A stretch of DNA of 60,000 bases from Vicugna vicugna (GCA_013265495.1 MU057887.1:2887576-2947575), one strand, 5' to 3'; counted from the first letter of the stretch, positions 36,861 to 50,270 are shown. Notes: a model not told the origin generated them from the sequence alone. A program made the numbers and translations.

Positions 36861-38769
36861 TCACATTCATGAAGCCGCTTAAGATGCTGGGCTGCCTTGT
36901 ACTTGGGGGCGATGAGGCCCAGGCTGGGGCAGGAGGAGGGCTGGTTAGGGCCCGCCGTGGGCGCTGTGCTTTGCATGGCGTCCGGCCCCTCAAGGATGCC
37001 GCGCCCTGTCCCTGCTCCTTCGCGCTCCCTGAGCAGCCTCTCTGGGCTCCGCCCTCCATGGCTGGTGACAGCAGGCTGGCAGGGCCTCAGCTCCCAGAGA
37101 TCTGCATGTTAACAGGGAACTCCGCTCCAGGCTGAAGATTTAAAGACTACAACCTGAGCTCTGGGGGCACAGCTCAGAGCCTTTCAAAGCCAAACTAGCC
37201 ACAAGCACACACTTGCTGGTTAGTGCTCTTCAGTGCCTCCCAGCCCCTGCCTGTCCCCTCCCCGGGAATGAGCGGGCCAACAGGGAGTGATTCCCTGGCA
37301 TTGAAGTCACAGCAGCATCCTGCCCCCCCCCCCCCCCGAGGTGCCCAAGTGCAGAGGGCTCCCGCCCCAGTGCCCGTTCCCAGAGGTGTGCCAGGTGCGG
37401 GGCTGGGACCCAGGCCGCCTCTGGCCCTCTCTGGGGCTTCCCTCGGGATGCCCCCCCCGCCCCGTCTAAACCATCCCTGAGGTCAGCCGGCCCCAGTAGC
37501 CCACCTAAACCCAGCTGGCTTCCCTTCACCTTCGGTCTCCATTCTACCAGCTAAATTAGTTTACATTTTCTGTTTTATTTTCTGATGAGTCACACCGAGC
37601 TCATTAAGTGGGAGACAGAACTTTTCATAAAACATGTAGCAGAGTCTCAGATGATTAATTCCAAAATCAAAAAAATAATAATAATCAGGCGATGAAATGC
37701 ATTGTCTGCGCATAAAACTCACCTAGTGGCTGAGGATGGTGGGTTTACAGCTGCCGGGCCAGAGGACAGGGCCTGTCTCTGGAGCTGACCTCACCCGTCC
37801 GGCTGGGCCCTCGGCCATCCTGGAGGACTTGCTCCCGGAGAAACCTGCCCAGTGGCCTCTGCGAGTGTCAGGCCCTGACCCGACTAGGTGGACCCGGCCC
37901 CTGTGGGGAACGTGCAGGTCCTGAGGTCCCCCCTCACCTGCTCCTTCACGTTGGTCCTGGGGACACAGCTGTGGGTGTTTCAACAAGACCCGGGTTGGAC
38001 CGCCATTCCCGGCTGGAGACCATGGTGAGGGCCAAGGAGGTGGTTCTCAAACCATCAGGGGGTTGATAACACACAGATGCCCAGCTGCAGCTCAAAGCCC
38101 CCACTTCCCAGGTCTGCTGGGGCAGGAGCTCTGCATGGCCCGCAACCCTGGGGGGCCAGCAGCCCTCTGGGCTACATCTGGGGAGCTGGGCAGGTACATG
38201 GAGGTGGGCGCGAGGCTGGGTCTTCCTGTCTGCTCCTCTGGTGATGACCTGTCCCACTGGGGGGGCCTCAGATCAGAAAAGAGCTTTGCTGTCTGTGTGG
38301 GGCATCCCCAAGGGGCTACCTGTGCCGTCAAACGTCCTGATCTCAGGAAACGCACACTGGCTCAGGAAACAGCGTGTGCGTGTGCGTGTGCGCGTGCATG
38401 TGCACCTGCGTGCTCAGAAGACCCTGCGTGGCGGGGAGGGCTCACCTGTGGCCCTGGAATGACCCTCCTAACCCCGGGGAGCGCCCTGCACTTCTTCCTA
38501 TGGTCGCTGCAAATCTTCTATAAGCTTGAAATTATTTCCGATACAAAATCAACCAATAAAATCAACCTGGCAGGTGCACCTCGTGTTGGGCGGGTACGGG
38601 TGTGTGGTCCTCTGGGTTTGGGTGCCAGCCTCTCGACCTGACTCCCAGGGTCGGGGGCCAGTGGGAAAGGGCCGGTGACCCCCTGACTATTCCAACCCCC
38701 CCCCCACCTGAGACCTTCCCTCCCGGCGTTGGATCTGCAGCCCCCTCCTCCCCGGCCCGGCCCTCCAGC

Positions 38770-39035
38770 CCAAAGTCACACACTGGAGCCCTGACCTCCA
38801 GTGGGGTGATTAAGGTGAAATGGGGTTGTGGGGTGGGGCCCTGGTCCTATGGGATGGAGCCCCTATAAGAAAAGGAAGAGACCAGAGCTCGCTGTCTGCA
38901 CACCAGGACAGGCATCCTCACCAGACACCAACCCCGCTGACATCCTGACCTTGGATTTCGGGCCTCCAGGGCGTCTGTGCTTGAAGCCACCTGGTCTGTG
39001 GCGTTTGTTACGGTGGCCTGAGCTGACTGAGACAG
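38770..39035 (+). mobile_element. MaLR LTR (MLT1A/MST-like) fragment
   Basis: GTGATTAAGGTGAAATG...CCTATAAGAAAAGGAAGAGAC...CCTCACCAGACACCAACCCCGCTGACATCCTGACCTTGGATTTC...GCTGACTGAGACA. Confidence 0.8.
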
Positions 39036-41544
39036 GCATGAGCCCCAGATTCTGTCCTGGCCTCACTCTGCACCAGGACTTCCCGCCTGCAGACACAAAC
39101 ACACAAACATGAATTGCCTTTGGGGTTGAGGATCTTCCGAAAGCATCCACAGAGTCAGGGGTGTGGGCACACAGCATTTACCATATCCCACGGGCACCCC
39201 CACCCCAGTGGGAGAGGCTGGCCCCTTGGCACCTCCGGAGGGACTTCCTCCTGCTCCACTCATCAGCTGGGAACGCCAGACCCTCCCCTGGACCCCAGCA
39301 GGGGACCCCGCCCCAGTGAATCCCAAACCCAGTGCGTCGCCTCCCCAAACCTGCTCTGCCCTCCGCAGGCCCGGTTCTGTGAATGGCGCCCCACTCACCC
39401 AGGAGCCCAGGCCAGACACTGTGAGTCCGCCTGTATCTCTGAGCTGGGGAGTCGTCCTCAGGGACAGAGCGGTTTCCAGCCTTCTTTCCTTTCGCCTGTG
39501 TCCACAGGGGAGTCCCAGGCACTGTGGGCAGTTAGAAATCTGCAGAGTCACAGGGATGTGTAACCAGGTGACGGAGGTGTGCCGGGGCCGGGAGGGGCTG
39601 GGGGGCTCGGTCTGCAGGGGAGGGCTGGGCCACCTGACCACAGGGGAAGGTGTCGGTGGAGGAGGAACCCCCTCCCAGGGAGAGCAACTTCGGGCAGAAG
39701 TCCAGCTGGAGAGGAGGGGGCCGAGCAGCCGGGAGGGCAGCCTGGGGACCGGGCAGCCCCTCTGCCCACGTGCTCGGAGTTTCCCTGAGGGGAGGACCCG
39801 CTCCTCTGCCAGGAGTCACATGATTGTCCCTAAACACCTGCTGTCACTGCAAATTCCCTGCTTTGGTTTCCTGCATCAGATTCAGGCCGGGGGTGTTGAA
39901 GCCTCGGCTGCCCCCCGGGACTCCTGCCCCCGGCCGTGGGCGCTCACCCATCAGGGTAGATCCTGTGGGAGGCAGCCAGCCAGCCGGTCATGTAGTTTGA
40001 CCCCTAGTTCTGGTTCGGGTAGAGGCTGGGAAGCCCATCAGGCGCCCAGACCCCGCACTGGGCAGCCGTGTCAGTGTTCAGCCCAGAGTCCCAGGAAGCA
40101 GGGCTGCAGGTGGCCGGATGCTTGGACCCAGAGGAGAGGGAGGAGCCTGCCAGACGTTAATGAGGGCGTTCTGCTGGGCCTGGGGTGTCTCTCCAGCCTC
40201 AGGACAAGCCGGGCAGCGAGGGCGGGGACGACTGGAGGAGGGTGGCGCTGGTGGCAGTGCCGGTGTCCAGCTTGGTGGACTGTGGCCAGGAGGCGATCCC
40301 AGCTCATTACCCACAAGCACAGGAGGAAGGGCCAGATATGGATTTTCCTTAATCGCACGTGGGCAGGCCTTGCCTCCCATGCAGACTGACAGTGAACCAC
40401 TTACAGAAGCTCCCAGGGCGGCTGGTGGGGAGCAGAGGGGCCCCACGCGGACCACTCCCCCAGGAGGGGACCCGTCTTCTCTGTCTCCCACTTCTGTGGT
40501 CCGTTTAACAGCCTAAGTGGCCAGTATGAATTAGCTGTGCTGAATAGCTTCCCAGCCTCAGCAGGGGCCTGACCTGCAGAACGGAAGGTATGGGTGCTGA
40601 GAAGATGGAGGAGGAGGGCCAGCGGTCTGGGGGTGGGGGTGACTCTGAGTCTCAGGCCGGGTCAGAGGAAGCCACAGGCCATCTCCCCCAGGCCGAGTGG
40701 GGCTCAGGCAGCAAGATGCTCGAGGCCTCGCCCAGTCTTGGGGTGGGTAGCAACCTCCCAAGGCACCCCTCCTGTAAGGTGGGTCCAGGCACGCAGGAGC
40801 GGGGGGGACTGGGAGACGAGGGGGGCGGGCTCTGGTGACACAGGGGCCCCAGCTCCATCCCCACCGCAGCCCCCTTAGGGTGGCGGGTGGTCTCTCTGCC
40901 CCCCTTCCCCTCCCTGGCATCCCTGCAGGATGCTTCCAGGTCCTTCACCACCCCCGCTGCCCTGCCCACTTCATCATGTGAATAAAGTGCAGCTGGCTTG
41001 GGCCCTGGGAAGACCCTGCAGTGAGACCCCAGACTGGACCCAGAGTCCACCCTTGAGGAGCGGGCTGTCTGCCCAGCCTACGTGTGACCCCGACAGGCCC
41101 CAGAGATGCTGGGGGTGCCTGCCCTCTCGGCCTGGGCGCTCAGGGCAGGATTTTAGAAGGAGGGGAGGCGCCTGGAGGGTGAGGGGGCTTCGCCCCTGAG
41201 CAGCCAGGAGGCGGGACAGACAGCACGAGCCAAGCTCTGGAACCAGGAACCAAAGGAGTAAAGTGGGAGCCGAGGGTGTGGGAGGGCCCAGCCGGCTCCG
41301 TGGTGGGGGGCCCGAAGCTGGCAGGGGAGGGACTGGGATCCAGGGCGCCGCTTGTGACAGAGGAGCGATGGGAAAGCACTGACATTTCAGAGAAAGTCTG
41401 GCTTCAGGGCGGACAAACTGGAAGGGACAGGGCAGGGAGGCCAGGAGGGCGCGGGGAAGCGGGGGTCCCGCTGGGGCGGGGGCTGCCGGGACGACAGAAA
41501 AGACAGAAGGCTTCTGCAGACGGCGGTGCTGTTACATCGCACCT

Positions 41545-41790
41545 TTGCTTTGATTTTAAGGAACAGACCAGTTTTGCTTTCTAGACGGGGTTCAGATATA
41601 GAGGGCAATCGCGAAGCTAGTGCAGAGTCCCGTGCACCCACGCCCAGTCCCTCCAGCTTCCTGCATCAGTGGGTGCGCTTGTCGCGGTGAACGAACGCCC
41701 TGCGTTATGTTACCGCGTCAGGGCCTTATTATTAAAGTCGGCACATTATTCAAAATCCCCTGGCCGTCACGCAGCGCCCCTTCTCTGTCC
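41545..41790 (-). mobile_element. L1MC/L1MD-like 3' end, GC-shifted
   Basis: GCTAGTGCAGAGTCCCGTGCACCC...CTGCATCAGTGGGTGCGCTTGTCGCGGTGAACGAAC...TTATTATTAAAGTC. Confidence 0.55.
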
Positions 41791-42974
41791 AGGCCCCACA
41801 CGGCGCGCAGGCACCCTGTCCCCTTGGGCGCCTCCAGCTGCGCCCGCTCCTCGCTCCCCTTGCTTCCGTGACCTTGGCCGTCCGGGATCAGGGCGGGCGC
41901 CCTGCCGAGCGCGCCTCTGCTGGGCCCGTCTGGCGTTCTCCTTCTTGGCCTCATCGTCATCTTGGAAGGAGACGCACCAAGGGTGCACACTGTCACGGTG
42001 ATTTATCGCGGCGTGCTGGCCCGTCAGCTGGCGGAGGCGCGCGTGACAGGCGTCCCCGCTGTAAGGGGCCTCCTTTCTCCCCTCCCGCTCCCGCCCTCCT
42101 CGGAAGGAAGCTGGTGCAGCCCAGGGTCAGGGTGCTGCGCCCCTGCTCTGCCATGGCGGAGGGCCTGCTGCGTTATCCGGGGTCCTTCAGCGTTCTGTCT
42201 CTTCTCTCTCACTTACGTCCTCCGACCTTTCTTTACCTCGGTGTGGCGGCCTGGAGACTGCCGCAGGCTTCCGGGTGCAGCCCTGCGCCGCTGGGCCTTG
42301 TCCTTGAAGGGCCCAGCTCCGACCTCCGGGCCCCTCAGGTCTGCTCTGCCCCTTGACCTGCCCTCACCATGGGCTCCCTTCCCTCCCTCCTCCCGCTCCT
42401 CCTTAAAGGATTGTTCCCGTTGCTTGTTCCCGCCCTCCCTCCTAGCGGGCAGCCCCTGAGACTTCTAAGCCACGGGAGGTGCACTGTGGCTGCTTTTCCC
42501 CGGAAGCCCCGAAACCCTCGGTCTTTATCTCCCCGGCCTGCGGAGGCTCCTGGAGCCGCACTTACCTTCCCGGCTTCCTTCGCTGCGGAATTCTGCTTGT
42601 GTTCTCAGCCTCTCGCCCACGGGCCCAGGAGCTCTCAGACCAGTCGGTGCCTTGAGGGGCGTTGTGTGTAGAGTTCCAGGCTCACTTCCGTCCCGCTCTT
42701 TCCTCTGGGATTTTTGGAGCCCCGGTCCTGGCATCTCAGCTGACCTGAGTTCCCGCTCTCTCTCCCCGGCCCAGGGGTGCCCTGGCACAGCCTCGGTGCC
42801 GCTTGGGATCTGCTTTCTCCCCCACAGGCTGGCTTGCCAGCTGCCCGAGGAGGAGGAGCAGTGACAAGTGCAGGGTCACCCAGGGGGTGTCCCTGTGTGA
42901 GGGGACTCTGCTCCTTAGATCCCGGCGGTCTCGCTTGCTCTTTGATGCCTCCTAACAGCCTTTGTAAAGACCTT

Positions 42975-43310
42975 CATCACATGGTGTCACTTGCATGTGG
43001 AATCTAAAAAAAGGAGACAAATGAACAAAACAGAGACAGACTCACAGACACAGAAAACAGACTTATGGTTACCAGCGGGGAAAGGAGGTGGGGAAGGATA
43101 AACTGGGAGCTCTGCATTTGCAGATCCAAACTACTGTACACGACACAGATAAACAGCAAGGTCCTACTGCGCAGCACAGGGAGCTGTATTCAGTATCTTG
43201 TGGTGACCTATAATGAGAGAGAACAGGAAAAGGAACATGTGTATGTACACATACACCCGAATCGCTAAGCTGGACACCAGAAAGCAGCACATTGTGAGCC
43301 GACATTAATC
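42975..43310 (+). mobile_element. Cetartiodactyl-type LINE-1 3' end
   Basis: CACTTGCATGTGGAATCTAAAAAAA...ACAGACTTATGGTTACCAG...ATAAACAGCAAGGTCCTACTGCGCAGCACAGGGAGCTGTATTCAGTATCTTGT. Confidence 0.88.
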
Positions 43311-44989
43311 TGCAGAGGGGATTTCTGCCCCTTGCCCCAGGGGGCTGTCCTGTCTCCCCACCCCGACTGTTCTGCGGTGTTCTTGGCCCCCACGCCCGCC
43401 CCCCGACCCCCAGCAGGTGAGCCCCTTCCTCCAGCTCAGTGTCTGAGGCGCTGACCGTGGTGCCGAGGACTCAGCGAGCAAGGAGGTCCCGGTGTCCAGG
43501 CGGAGGGCAGGTCGGCAGCGGGAGGGGGAGCCTGTGGACTGGCCTCACAGCTCCACACGTGAGGAAGCAGAGTAGGCAGTGTGACGAGATGGGTCGGGGC
43601 GCCTTGCCCACAGCGAGATCTGGGTTGAAACCGAGGGCTGGGCGGGAGCTGCACCTGGGGGTCACCTGGCAGAGGGTCAGGGTGGGCACCAGCATGATGA
43701 TACCCCAGGGCGTGGAGGGATGTGACGAGCTCTGGGGCAGGTGGGGTCAGCTCCGATGGGGCTCGAACACCGTGGGGCAGGATGTGGACGGGCTCAGCCT
43801 GCGGCTGGAGTCATCAGACTTACATTATGGCGTTTAAGAGAAGTTGTTACTGTGGGAAGATGGTCTGCAGCGCAGAGCAAGGCCATCCAGGGTAAGTGGG
43901 GGGCCAGGGCAGCGCCCAGGTGAGAGCACATGGGGGCTTGAGGAGGGAGGTAGGGGTGGGGGTGAAGGGAAGAGAGGAGCTATGGCTGCTCTTGGAGGAA
44001 GCGTCCCCAGGGCTCCTGGGAGGGCTGGACGGGGGAGCAGGAGGGGGGTGAGAACGCTCCCAGTCAGAGTCAGCAGCACCGCTGTCTGGAGAAACGGGGG
44101 AACGTGCTTTGGGGGCCGGGAGGGCGGGGAGTCTGTGCCCTCTAGTCTGGAATGTCACTGGACACACACATGGAGATCTATCCTCAGGGATAGTGTTTGA
44201 TCAGGAATGCAGCTCCATGTGACCCTTAGCACCCACGGCCTGGGCCCTCCAGGTCACAGGGGACCCCCGAGCAGGGCGGGAGCGGGAAGTGCGACCACGG
44301 GGCTCGCGCGACCCGTGGGACAGGAAGTGTCCCTCTCCAGCGTCACTAACCTGTTAGGGAAAGCGCCAGGCTCCTTTTCCTCTCGACGGCCGCTGGCAAT
44401 CGGTTCTCCACAGCTGCCAGGCACCAGCAGACGGCTGTGTTATGTCTGTGCGGAGACCTACTCGGGGTTCGGGGGAGAGGCCCGGGAGGATTAGGGGTTC
44501 TGGGTCCAGGCTGCCGGCGGGAGAACACAACCACCTCCGTCTGCACTCGGGGGTCAGAAAACCGTGGGAAGGGATGTGGGCCGGTGTGCTTGGCAACCTC
44601 AGCAGAGTCTGCAGCTGAAGGTGGAGCAGAGCGGGGGCTGCGAGGACAGAGGGGAGCTGGGCTACCAGGAGGGACCTGCCCCCATGGGTGCCCCGGTGGG
44701 GGGTGGGGAGAGCTCAGGGGAGGGGCCTGACTTCAGAGGAGCAGGGAACCTGGGATGGGCACGTGGGGCCCTGCCCGTGAGGAGGTGTTGGTGTAAAGGA
44801 GGGAGATGGCTGACGGCCTGTGTAGCCATGAGAAAGAGCAGGTGGGCAGTGGTGCTTGACCCCAGACGGCCAGCAGAAGCAGCCCCCACCCAGAGAACTG
44901 GGCGGGGGGGTGGGCCATCACCTCCCCTAAACTGTGCTGGACTGAAAGGCTGATGCAGGCCAGGCTCTGGGAGTGCGACCCCTGCTAAG

Positions 44990-45270
44990 AAACGACAGAG
45001 GATTTATGGCCAAGGAGCTTCGGGACCCCCGACACAGGAGCCAGAAGACCGTGTGGAATGGTTCTGAGGTAAGGGATCTGGGGGACCTGGGGCTACATAA
45101 GAAGAGTTTATCCACATGGAGACCATTCCTGAAATGCAGGGCTGAGCCGGACCAGGACATCGGGAGGCAGGGTGGCCACGGTGCCAGGATGACCCCTGGA
45201 CGCTTGGAGAAGTCAGCACGGATTTCCAGGGAGGCAGAAGTGTCCGCATGGACCCTGTTGGAGCAGGGGG
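44990..45270 (+). mobile_element. Probable ERVL/MaLR internal (gag-region) remnant
   Basis: AAGGAGCTT...GTGTGGAATGGTTCTGAGG...GAGTTTATCCACATGG resembles ERVL gag PKEL...WEWILRVWD...EFIDMG, with frameshifts. Confidence 0.4.
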
Positions 45271-46432
45271 CCTGGGGAGCCAGGTGCCACACGCAGTCCA
45301 GCCTGGGCGCAGCCCCGTGGGTGCTTTGGGTCCTCGGCCTGGGCGGAGGAGACCTCCTTGTGGGGAAGCATGAATGGAGGCTCTGAGACTAACCCCCACC
45401 TCTGCCCCCCAAGAAAGCAAATAAAAGTCAACTGCATCTCAAGAGAGTGGTGGGGGCCATGCTGCCCCTGAAGACCTAAGGGGTGTGTTGGGGGTCCCTG
45501 CTGCTCCATTGTTAGTTCTCCAGCCTGCCCTCAGCTGACCAGATGGATCCCGGAGGCCGGCAGTGGGCCAGCAGTCATTCAACCCTGCAGACCCCCGTGT
45601 TAGACACTGCGGTGGTGCAGAAAGATAACACGGAGGTTATAGAAAGTCCTGGGAGGCGGGGCAGTGCCTCCCCATCGCTCAGCTGTGTGTGGGGCAGCGC
45701 CGTGGGGCCGTCGGGCTTCCTCTCACCCTGCCCCCCTTGGAGGGCCGGACCAGCCCCTGATTCCGTGACTGGTCACCTGGTGCCCAGGCAGCTGTGCCCA
45801 CTGTCCCAGATGGGTCAGCTGACGTCCAGGGCCAGGGCACCCAGGAGTGAGCTCAGAGCAGGGGGAGGCCAGCTGCTCCTTCCCCCGTCGGCAAAGTGTG
45901 GCCGCCAACCAGACCACATTGTTTCTGGACAAATGAACCAGCAAGCCCTCACTAGGCACCTTCAGAAACCTCATGGTCTACGGCAGGACAAGGGGCCCAA
46001 ACAGACCATGCAGACCACCTTCCATGGGTAACACAGCCTCGACCGAGCCCCACAACAGGCCCGCAAAGCGCCAGCAGACCACAGGACCTGGCTGGCTCGC
46101 ATCCGGCCGGAACAGACCGCTCACCGGGCAGGTGAGCAAGGCCGGCCTCGGGAGACAAATGGCCTCATTAATGAGATGGATGGCGCGGGCCACTGCTGCG
46201 CAGCGTCTCTGCCCGGGCAGGGGCCAGGTACATTCAGAGCTCCAGCCAGCAGCAGGCGGGCACCGGGCCGGCGGGGTGGGGTGCTCTCGAGGGGAGGGAG
46301 CCGCCTGGTCCCCAGTCTGGGGTGCTGGGCCCTGTGGGGCGGCCAGGCCCGGAGTCGCTCGGATGCTGTGAAGATGATCAGGTGGTGGTTTGGTAGGTGT
46401 GTCTGGGGACAGGGGGGCGGTGGGGGGCGGAG

Positions 46433-46517
46433 NNNNNNNNNNNNNNNNNNNNNNNNNNNNNNNNNNNNNNNNNNNNNNNNNNNNNNNNNNNNNNNNNNNN
46501 NNNNNNNNNNNNNNNNN
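46433..46517. other. Assembly gap (85 N)
   Basis: Run of N flanked by G-tracts. Confidence 0.99.
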
Positions 46518-49500
46518 GAGGGGGAGGCTGGGGACAAGGGGATGTTGCGAGATCCCCAGTGGCCAGCTCTTCAGGGTGGAAGTCCCGCCGGGCTGGACGC
46601 CCCGAGCCCCATCTGCCCCTGCTCCTCCAGCCACAGCGTGGCCCCCCACCTTGCTTCTGCTGGGCCCTTGCTTGGCTGTCTTTAGCGCCCCTGCCAGCCA
46701 GTCGAGGAGGCCCTGGTGGGGTCATCCTGTCTGGACACAAGCACCCTGTGGAGCCCCCCACGCCGGGTCCTGCCCAGAGAACAAATGCAGGAGAGAGGGG
46801 CGGGGCTGGTTGGGGAGGCCTCTCCCACCTCACTCCCCTGTGCTGCCTCCTCCTGGAAGCTTCCCTCGCCCAGATTCATCAGCCCGCCTGACGCATTAGC
46901 TGACATGGTCCTGTGGGGGCCCCCGCACAGCACCCCTAGGCTTGGGCTGGAAACTCGGCTTCCCCGGCGCTAAAGGCCCCTTAGGCGGGAGCTGGGGGGA
47001 CACACAGGCCATTCCCAAGCCTCTGGGGGCCCCAGTGCCCTGCAATGAGGGCCGCCTGCCCCCCTGAGCCTGCGTCAGAGCCTTGCCAGCCTGCAGCCCT
47101 GGGGGCAGGGCTGGACTCTGGCCGGCCTGGCCGGGGTGGGCGTGGGGGACCAGCAGGGCCTCGGGGGTGGGCCACGCTCCAGGTGCAACTCCTGAGACTC
47201 GGCTTCCGCGCTCAGCGTGCGGGGAGAGCCCGGCCGGGCAGGGCCGGCCTCGGGAGCACGTCTGGTACAGCGGGTCCCGGACATCGGGGTCCCGTTCTTT
47301 CCAGAGGAACTTCTGTCGGGACCCAGAACCCCTCCCCTCTCCTCCTTCAGGGCCGTGCAGTGAGATAAGGACCCCGGGAGCTGCCTGCGTTCCCAGAGCT
47401 GGGCCGGCCCCGCCCTCGTCCGCGAAGAGCGGGGTTTAGCTGGGCAGGTCCTGCCCCGAGCCCATCACAGAACCAGCCACTCAAGCCTCTGAGCCGAGGA
47501 CAAGCGGGAACTGGGCTCCTCGGGCGCGCTGAGAAGAGCGGCTCCACCGCAGCCTCCTGCGGACCGTCAGGAGACGACCCTTTCCTCGAGACGCCCATCA
47601 ACCCCCTTCGCCACTCCTGGCCGGGGGTTCGAGCGGGAGGAGGTGCCTTGCTGAATCGGTGCCAGAAAACAGAACCCTCAGACGCACCAAATCGGCGGGC
47701 GCGGCCCCGACGGACCGTCGGGAACAGGGTTTCCGCAAACCCTTGAGAGCAGCAGACAAGCCACCTGGCCGTTCAGGTGCTTCCCGTTCACATCGGCTCC
47801 TGTTTTGCCCTGATTTGCGTCTTTGGAGCCTTTGTGGCCTCAAAACAGCCGGTGAGGCTGACCTTGGCCCGACAGTCAGCCTGTCTGCCGTCCATCCAAG
47901 GCGGGCGGGACGGCAGGCACCGCCACCCCCGCTGGGAAGCGTGCGGGGCGGGGAGGCGGCAGCCGGGTGCCCGGACGGGCGCAGGAGCCGGCGGAGGTGT
48001 GAGCAGTGTCTGCACACGGGCGGGGCTTCCCCTAGGGACACGGCGGGTGTCGCTGAGCGTGGGGACACGGGGTCGGCGTGCCGTTTGCTCCTGACACCTG
48101 CGCACGTGGGGGCACCGGGGCCGACCTGAGTGGCGGAGGGGCAGCCCCGCGTGGGATCTGCTTCCGCCCCCCGTTTCAGGGCGCCCGCAGCCTGAGGCAG
48201 GCCGGTCGCCGGTGTCGGGCAGGAGGGGCCTGTCCGGGCTGCCTCTCGCTGCCTCTTGTTCCCCCGAGACAAAGCCGTCGGTCCCTGCGAGGGCTTTCCT
48301 CTCAACCACGGGGTCATGCTGTGTCTTTTCACCCCCGTGCTGAACGTGCTGGTTCTCCCCACGGCACGCGCTCCAGCTCCACCCCGCAAACCCGCTACCC
48401 TTTCCTGAGTCTTCCCCAGACTGCTGGCCGTGCAGTCGGGCCCACCTCATCAGTTTGTTTCCGAATTACTGGGGACTCCTTCCCTTTGGAAATGATCTTG
48501 TCATTATAGAAAGATTCTATGCGATTTGTCCCCTGCTGTTAGTTCTGCAGGGATCTGGTCAGCGCCAGCTTCCTGCTGAAGTTTCTCCTGCAACTTCCTG
48601 GGCGTCTGAAGACGCCTCCCAGGCCGACGCCCGGGACTGGCCGGAGGGGACCCCAGGCCTGAGCTCTGACCTGCTCCTAAGCTTGCTCTGTGGCTCTGCT
48701 ACTCGGAGCTCAGTTAGCACATAAAATCCGTGCCTGCATTTTGTTTCTTTGAGCTTCTTAAATCTGTTTTTCCGTTTTCTTCTGGTATGAAGTTAGCTGT
48801 CCAGAGTCCTGGTGACACGCCCACCTGTGTCTCGGCCGTTCTGCGACTGTGTGTCCTGGTTGACGCCTGTGCCAGACAGCGCTGTGCATACAGCGTCGCT
48901 GCTGGCATCTCAGAAGCTTCCTGATGGCGTGACGCACAAGCACGTCCCGGTTTGGACACACGTGGAAAACCATCTGGTTAAGCGTGGGGATGGGGTGGGG
49001 CCCAGCTCCTGTCGGGACCACGGGTCCGCCTGTGCTGTGCCCACTCGCCCCCGCAGGTCCCTCCTGGAGGGAGGCCCAAGGAGGTGGGTTTGGGGGTCTC
49101 GCAGACTCGGGCTGGAATCCGGGCCGGGCCGCACAGCTGCGAGCGAGCCCAGCGCCCGGGACGGGCTGCCTCTGCCTGCGCTGGTGCTGCCACCTGTGAA
49201 ATGGGCCAGCATTGTCCTTCAGGGAGTCCGTGGGGCGAGACGCCGCAATGAAGTGATGCACTGGATGGTACCCTGGCTGCCCCCACCCAGGCCCGGAGGG
49301 CTTCCCTTGCTCCCAGGGTCCTTGGAAGGCAGCGAGTGCTGAGTTGCACAATCTCCTTCCACAAATGCAGGGCTGAGATCTCTCTCCGCGCTAGCAAACG
49401 TCCGCTGCTAGCCAGGACCCCAGACTCCTCTCCTGCAGACGGCCTCGCGCCGTAAGTTCTGCAGACACGGGGCCTCTCCGCTGTGCAGAGGGCAGCCAGC

Positions 49501-50084
49501 ACCACCCTGGAGGCCGGGCCATCGGAGGCAGCTGTGCGGGCCATGACAGGGCCTCTGTGGTGGGAGCCAGCCTCCCTGGGAGGGCCGCCCCAAACCTCAC
49601 TCAAACCCATGAACTCATGCGGATGACAGAATCAGTCTCCGAATTCTAATGAGACTGTGCGCCCGGAGACGGACAGCTCATCTGAAGACTGAATGAGAAA
49701 AATTGCTGCTTTTGCTGGTTCCTTTAGAAACTCATTTGCATTCTGTCAGCTTCCATTACAGAGGGGAGCTGCGGAATTGGGGGGATACGGGGGAGGGGGC
49801 GGCCCTCTGCCGGGCCGGGGGTGGGTGCTGTGTGGCTGGGGGACAGCTCGCTGCGGGACCCACCATCTCCCGCCTCCCCCGGCCCTCGGACCCCTCTCCC
49901 TCCCTCAGCCTCCCAAGGTCCCCCACCCGCCAAAGCTCCGTGGAGAGTGGGCGCAGCCTCCTTGCCCTGCTCCCTTGCTGTCCTGGAGGCGAAGGCCAGG
50001 AGCCAGCCTCCTCACCCAAGGGTTTCCTCCGTGTGTCTCTCTGGCGTCCCCGCAGGGATCTGGCCGTCTCTCTCCTGCGCTCTC

Positions 50085-50270
50085 TATGGTCCGGAGACAG
50101 ATCACCGCAAACCCTGGGGCTTAAAACAAGGCACTTGTCACTTCCCACAGCCCTGCAGGCTGGCCGGTGGTCATTCTGCTGGTCCGACCTCACGGGACTC
50201 ACTCCTGGGACTCCGTCTAACTGCAGCCGGGCCGTCCTGGGAAGTCCAAGAAGGGCCCCCACGTGAGCAC
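50085..50270 (-). mobile_element. MaLR LTR (older MLT1) fragment
   Basis: ACAGATCACCGCAAACCCTGGGGCTTAAAACAA...ATTCTGCTGGTC...GGGACTCACTC. Confidence 0.5.

Noticed and set aside
39163..40389. Longest ORF in the window (408 aa)
   Set aside because: Pro/Gly/Arg/Ser-rich, non-ATG start, no recognisable domain; expected at this GC content.
47000..48450. CpG-dense stretch as a promoter CpG island
   Set aside because: CpG density is high across the window, including inside old repeats; no first exon or core promoter can be supported.
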